20,000 bases of DNA from Bacteriovoracaceae bacterium. GTDB taxonomy: Bacteria > Bdellovibrionota > Bacteriovoracia > Bacteriovoracales > Bacteriovoracaceae. Position 1 is the first letter of the stretch; each line of letters begins with the position of its first letter. The stretch spans positions 50,238 to 70,237 of the forward strand of contig JABIHA010000127.1 of the NCBI GenBank assembly GCA_018649885.1, written 5' to 3'. The notes beneath the pieces are model-generated. The model was not told where the DNA came from. It searched no databases and was given only the letters and a program-made list of their open reading frames with translations. The position numbers were made by a program, and so were the translations under genes. Positions 16,317 to 20,000 of this stretch are shown in pieces.

Positions 16317-17576
16317 GTGGATATTTCTAGTAGGGGAAAGAAAAATTTTGCTCCAAGGATATTGGAGTATAGAAAACAAGTTGAAATTGTTGCTGCATTT
16401 TTCAAATATATCTCGCTAATCCTTTTTCTAGTGACTCTATTTACTATTTTTTTAAGCAGGCTTGTAACTGAACCGAAGGATGTAGCCTTCTACCTTACTA
16501 TATCATTTACAAGTGGAATAATTTGGCTATTTTACTATCCTTTATACTTCTTTTTGATCAAACCTCTTGCTACAAGTAAAATTCAAGTATTTGATGATAG
16601 TATTTTACTCACAAGAGGAAAAAAAGAAACCATCATACCATTCGATGAAATTACTTCTATTAAGAGAAAAGTAAATAAAAATGCAGGAGGGTGGTTTACC
16701 TTAGTGCTAAAGAATAAGAAAAAGTATAGATTTACTATCGTTTTAGAAAGGCTTGATTATATTTTGGATGCTGTTTACAAGTACAATAATCAACTTCTAA
16801 GTGAAGATGAATATCTAAGCCTTAGAAAGCAATTAATTCTTTCAGATCATGGTTTTGGTAGGCTCTATGATATGTTTGGGAGTCGGTATAAGTGGATTAC
16901 ATTTACTCATGCTTTTTTACTCCCTGCGGTTTTTATTATTGGTCTTTACATCAAGCAGGGTAGTCAATTTAATATCTACTTATCAGTGCTCTATTTTACC
17001 AAAATAATACAAGTTATTTTAATTACCTTGGGAGTCTTATGGGTCGCCTTTATCCTTATTGCAAATAAAATTTTGGATAAACATACTTCAAGCCAACTTG
17101 AGTCTAATTCTCTTTTAAAAAATAGGGACACTCAGTTTGAATCAAAAATTTTCAGAAGGTTATTTCCTGTCTATTTAGCCTTGATAATTTGTAGCTTTGC
17201 AGGAATTTACAAATATGACCTAAATACATATGGATTAACCTATATTAAAAAAGATTCCAAATATTTGGGGATAAAAGCAAATAAAAACTTGTGGGTAGAT
17301 ACAAAGTTTAACTGTTTAGATTGCAACTACTCTCTTGTGAGGGGAGACATTATCTTAGTTCATGGAGTTGGATTGGGAAAGATTGTTAATTTGCCAAACG
17401 AGCTGGTTACGATAAATGAAAAGGATAAAAAAGGTCGCCATATCGCTAGCACTACAGAAACGATGGTCCCACCAAGAAACCTAGCTATTCAAACATCTGG
17501 TGGTAAAGTGATTAAATTAGTACCTAACGTGAAAATAAAAGGAAAAATTCTCAAAAAACTTCCGATTGTTTTTTAA
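16317..17576 (+). CDS. Membrane protein: TM pair, bPH-like domain, TM bundle, degenerate S26 signal-peptidase-like C-terminus
   Basis: About five TM segments; IPFDEITSI is bPH-like; RGDIILV...KIVNLPNE...VP resembles S26 RGDIVVF..KRVIGLPG. Confidence 0.7.
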   Translation: MDISSRGKKNFAPRILEYRKQVEIVAAFFKYISLILFLVTLFTIFLSRLVTEPKDVAFYLTISFTSGIIWLFYYPLYFFLIKPLATSKIQVFDDSILLTRGKKETIIPFDEITSIKRKVNKNAGGWFTLVLKNKKKYRFTIVLERLDYILDAVYKYNNQLLSEDEYLSLRKQLILSDHGFGRLYDMFGSRYKWITFTHAFLLPAVFIIGLYIKQGSQFNIYLSVLYFTKIIQVILITLGVLWVAFILIANKILDKHTSSQLESNSLLKNRDTQFESKIFRRLFPVYLALIICSFAGIYKYDLNTYGLTYIKKDSKYLGIKANKNLWVDTKFNCLDCNYSLVRGDIILVHGVGLGKIVNLPNELVTINEKDKKGRHIASTTETMVPPRNLAIQTSGGKVIKLVPNVKIKGKILKKLPIVF

Positions 17577-18744
17577 AAAAAATCAAGCCCTGGAAAGATA
17601 CCTTTTTCATCCAGGCAGCCTTGAAGAAAGCAGGCAAGCCCAAGCTCTCCGGTCCAAAGAGTGTGGCGCTCATTTCTTCTTTCAATTGAGTGCATAGCAA
17701 ACTTTTGAGCTCTCTCAAGCCACTTTTGATCCCCAGTTCTTTGATAGATTTTCAGGAGACTGATGCCATTTCCGTCTGTTCCATGACAAATACCAATACC
17801 CTTTTTAAGAGGTCCTGCTTGCCAAATTAATTGACCTGCTTTTACAAAAAGTTTTTCAAACTCAGCATCATGGTTTTTTTCGATAGGTTCAAGGGATTGA
17901 ATCATTCCTGGGGCTCCATGACACCATTGGGTGGTAAAATAATCTGTCCCTTTTTCACCAAAAAAAAGTTGCTGGCCAATTTACAGTATCGTTTACTTCA
18001 GTAGCAAACTTTTTAGTCATTTCGATTGTTCGTTTAAGAATAAGCTCTCTTTGCTCTAGAGAGAGAAGATCTCCCCCCTTTTAGAAGTGGAAATGCATTT
18101 CCAAAATAGCCATGGCCTGATCCAATAAACGCTATAACTCGCTCATCTTGCTTATATTCCCAGTACCATGCACCTGACTCTTCATGGTATTTCCATACTT
18201 CATAGAGATGCTCCACATTTTTCAAGTAGAGTTCTTTAAAGCGTTGATCTTTTGTCCATTCAAATAAAAATAGAGCAGGCAGCATTGTACTTGGGCAACC
18301 CCATAGGGCATCTACGCATGGGTTTTAAATATTACTGCTTATGAGATTGTACAATTTGTCCAAAGTTTCTGTGTCAGGAGAAATTTTATATTTCAGTATG
18401 CAGATTCCGACTTCTCCAAGAAAGTACGAAGGACATACTGAATCTGTATCAGGCTCTTCAAGATATAGTTTGTGAATTTTTTGAATAAGATCATTTGCTG
18501 AAAAGGGCAGTTCAAATCCATTTTTTTCAGAAAGGTACTTCAGCCCCCAAAGGGTGCCTGTTGCGCCAAAATAGAAACTTTTATTTGACGCCGCGTCCCC
18601 ATCTTCGTCAGTGTGGGCAGGCTATAGGTTCTCTGTTAAAGCTGAAGTCGTTTTATCAAAGATATCTTTAATTACATCTTCCACTTGGTTTTTGTTTCAA
18701 GGTACGCTAGTTAAATCTTCGTGGTTTTCTTTGTCGTAATTCAT
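17573..18744 (-). pseudogene. Lanthionine synthetase C-like (LanCL) pseudogene
   Basis: Reconstructed MNYDKENHEDL...YFGATG.LWGL...LGEVG...LWG.P...GHGYFGN...NWP...QWCHGAPG...GICHGTDGNG...LWTGELG. Stops at 18697-18699 (TGA), 18622-18624 (TAG), 18325-18327 (TAA); +1 frameshifts at the C6 run 18073-18078 and the A8 run 17960-17967. Confidence 0.85.
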
Positions 18745-18823
18745 TTAGATTGCTTCTTTATTCGAGTTATAAAAAAATTATAATATTTCAAGAAAGATTA
18801 CTTAATATTTGTTATGCGTAGAG

Positions 18824-19699
18824 TTATTCATCACAAGAATAGTTCTTGGCCCCTGCTGTCGCTCTCAAAATGTGTACTTTACACCAAGCTAGTTTTTGGA
18901 ATTCCATCAAACTATCAAGATCTAATTGGTATGAAAATCCTTCTTCTGCTTCGTTATATCTGATTTCAAAGAGAACGGTAGTATAGTCAGATGCTCTGAG
19001 AGTTAATTCACCCAAGGTTTTTTTTAATATTGAAGATCTATTATGTCGTCTATATTTTACTTGTGCTTGAAATGCATTCTCTTGGCCTATTACTAAAAAA
19101 CTTTTTGGTGGCAAAAGTACATTTTCAAAAATCTCATGTTTTGCTCCCTGACTTCCATTATCAATATATATATTAGTCATATCTACTGTATAATTCGAAG
19201 AGTTATAAATTTCAATCCATTCATCCAAATTATTTTGCCCTACCGGGCCATCATAAAATTCTGAAATTATGAGACTGTCTTGGGAGCCTAGTGGGCCAAT
19301 AGGATAATTATCAATACCATCATCGCAATTATTGTCAATTTCATCGCCTAGAATTTCTGCAACAAAAGGTTTAATGGTAAAGTTATCATCATTGCAGTCC
19401 CCTTCTCTGTTAGAAAACCCTTCAGGGAGGTTTAAGCTTTCTCCTAAACAAAATTGAGTAGCAGAATCGTTAACTCCATATGTATCATTGTCTTTATCTT
19501 CATAGCCTATAACTGTCTGCCACAAGGTGTTGTCGTTAACAGCACAATCTTCACTGTCTATAACTCCATCATTGTCAAAATCTAGGTCTTCTAGGACTGT
19601 TTCTTGATTGCTTTCACTAGCGGGTACTGCCTGTTGAATTTCTTCATCAGAACAACTTACAAACAAAAAGATGGGAATTAATAGGGCCAGAATTTTCAA
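18824..19699 (-). CDS. Lipoprotein with Asp/Cys-rich metal-binding repeats (MopE-like) and a lamin-tail-like domain; likely start TTG 19699
   Basis: AAGGA RBS then MKILALLIPIFLFVSC lipobox; DFDNDG, DKDNDTYG, DCNDD...AEILGDEIDNNCDDGID; IIISEF...EWIEIYN. Confidence 0.78.
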   Translation of the reverse strand: MKILALLIPIFLFVSCSDEEIQQAVPASESNQETVLEDLDFDNDGVIDSEDCAVNDNTLWQTVIGYEDKDNDTYGVNDSATQFCLGESLNLPEGFSNREGDCNDDNFTIKPFVAEILGDEIDNNCDDGIDNYPIGPLGSQDSLIISEFYDGPVGQNNLDEWIEIYNSSNYTVDMTNIYIDNGSQGAKHEIFENVLLPPKSFLVIGQENAFQAQVKYRRHNRSSILKKTLGELTLRASDYTTVLFEIRYNEAEEGFSYQLDLDSLMEFQKLAWCKVHILRATAGAKNYSCDE

Positions 19700-19860
19700 G
19701 ATATTTCCTTTAGTCCATGGAAGTAAAAGCAAATTCATTTTGCTTTTTGTACCTATCAATAAAGCAATTCGTATGCCAAATTGATGCTTCTAAATAGCTA
19801 TAATCTAACCGATTATTTGTTCTGATTTATAATTTTGACTAATTTTTGATCAAAAAAGTG

Positions 19861-20000
19861 GTAACTACTCAATAAAAAGAGGCTAGATTTCTAACTAAGC
19901 AATTTCAATCAGGTTTTGTAGAGCTGGGATTTTGAATTTTTTATTTAATCTGTCTTGCAGGTAATCCCAAAATTCAATGTTTAACTTTCGGCAGGTATGG
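19861..20000 (-). mobile_element. Right end of an IS66-family insertion sequence
   Basis: GTAACTACTCAATAA at 19861 is a GTAA-type IS66 terminus, 34 nt beyond the transposase stop. Confidence 0.7.
19895..19999 (-). CDS. IS66-family transposase, C-terminal 34 aa (continues beyond the window)
   Basis: HTCRKLNIEFWDYLQDRLNKKFKIPALQNLIEIA* matches the TCRK.G..F..YL.DR....IP.L C-terminus of IS66 transposases; below the ORF-track length cutoff. Confidence 0.72.
   Translation of the reverse strand, partial: HTCRKLNIEFWDYLQDRLNKKFKIPALQNLIEIA

Noticed and set aside
1061..16419. Short shadow ORFs in the track (e.g. 1061-1285, 6408-6833, 10309-10593, 13930-14220, 16075-16419)
   Set aside because: They are antisense or out of frame to well-supported genes, or lack an RBS and recognisable motifs.
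18325..18699. Stop-codon reassignment (TGA=Trp) or selenocysteine in the LanC-like gene
   Set aside because: All three stop types plus frameshifts occur in this one gene, and TGA terminates the TIGR04282 gene normally.
17573..18744. Lanthipeptide biosynthetic cluster
   Set aside because: No dehydratase, precursor or transporter is present, and the LanC-like gene is broken.
1..20000. CRISPR array, tRNA or rRNA genes
   Set aside because: No regularly spaced repeats or recognisable RNA gene signatures were seen by eye; intergenic regions are short.

Overview
AT-rich bacterial window; the gene style suggests Bdellovibrionota/Bacteriovoracaceae, which is inference only. The core (2284-10779) is an arsenosugar/'rSAM-selenodomain'-type locus. 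It encodes a DedA/VTT-disulfide oxidoreductase fusion, an ArsM-like methyltransferase, DUF547, a Cys-rich radical SAM enzyme, a TIGR04282/DUF2064 transferase, and a DPM1-like GT2 with a GT-C membrane glycosyltransferase, all arranged around an ECF sigma/zinc anti-sigma pair. A bipartite motif TGT(A/C)AC-N16-ACACTAA occurs three times with identical spacing: upstream of the reductase-arsM operon, upstream of the GT-C gene, and inside the sigma gene facing the anti-sigma gene. It defines a candidate regulon with a built-in feedback promoter. Elsewhere there is a TrmB-like gene with Asp->Asn changes, a stand-alone Hpt protein, a GNAT-APH pair, an orphan squalene-hopene-cyclase-like protein with a signal peptide, a LanC-like pseudogene, a lipoprotein, and the end of an IS66-family element at the right edge that the ORF track missed.
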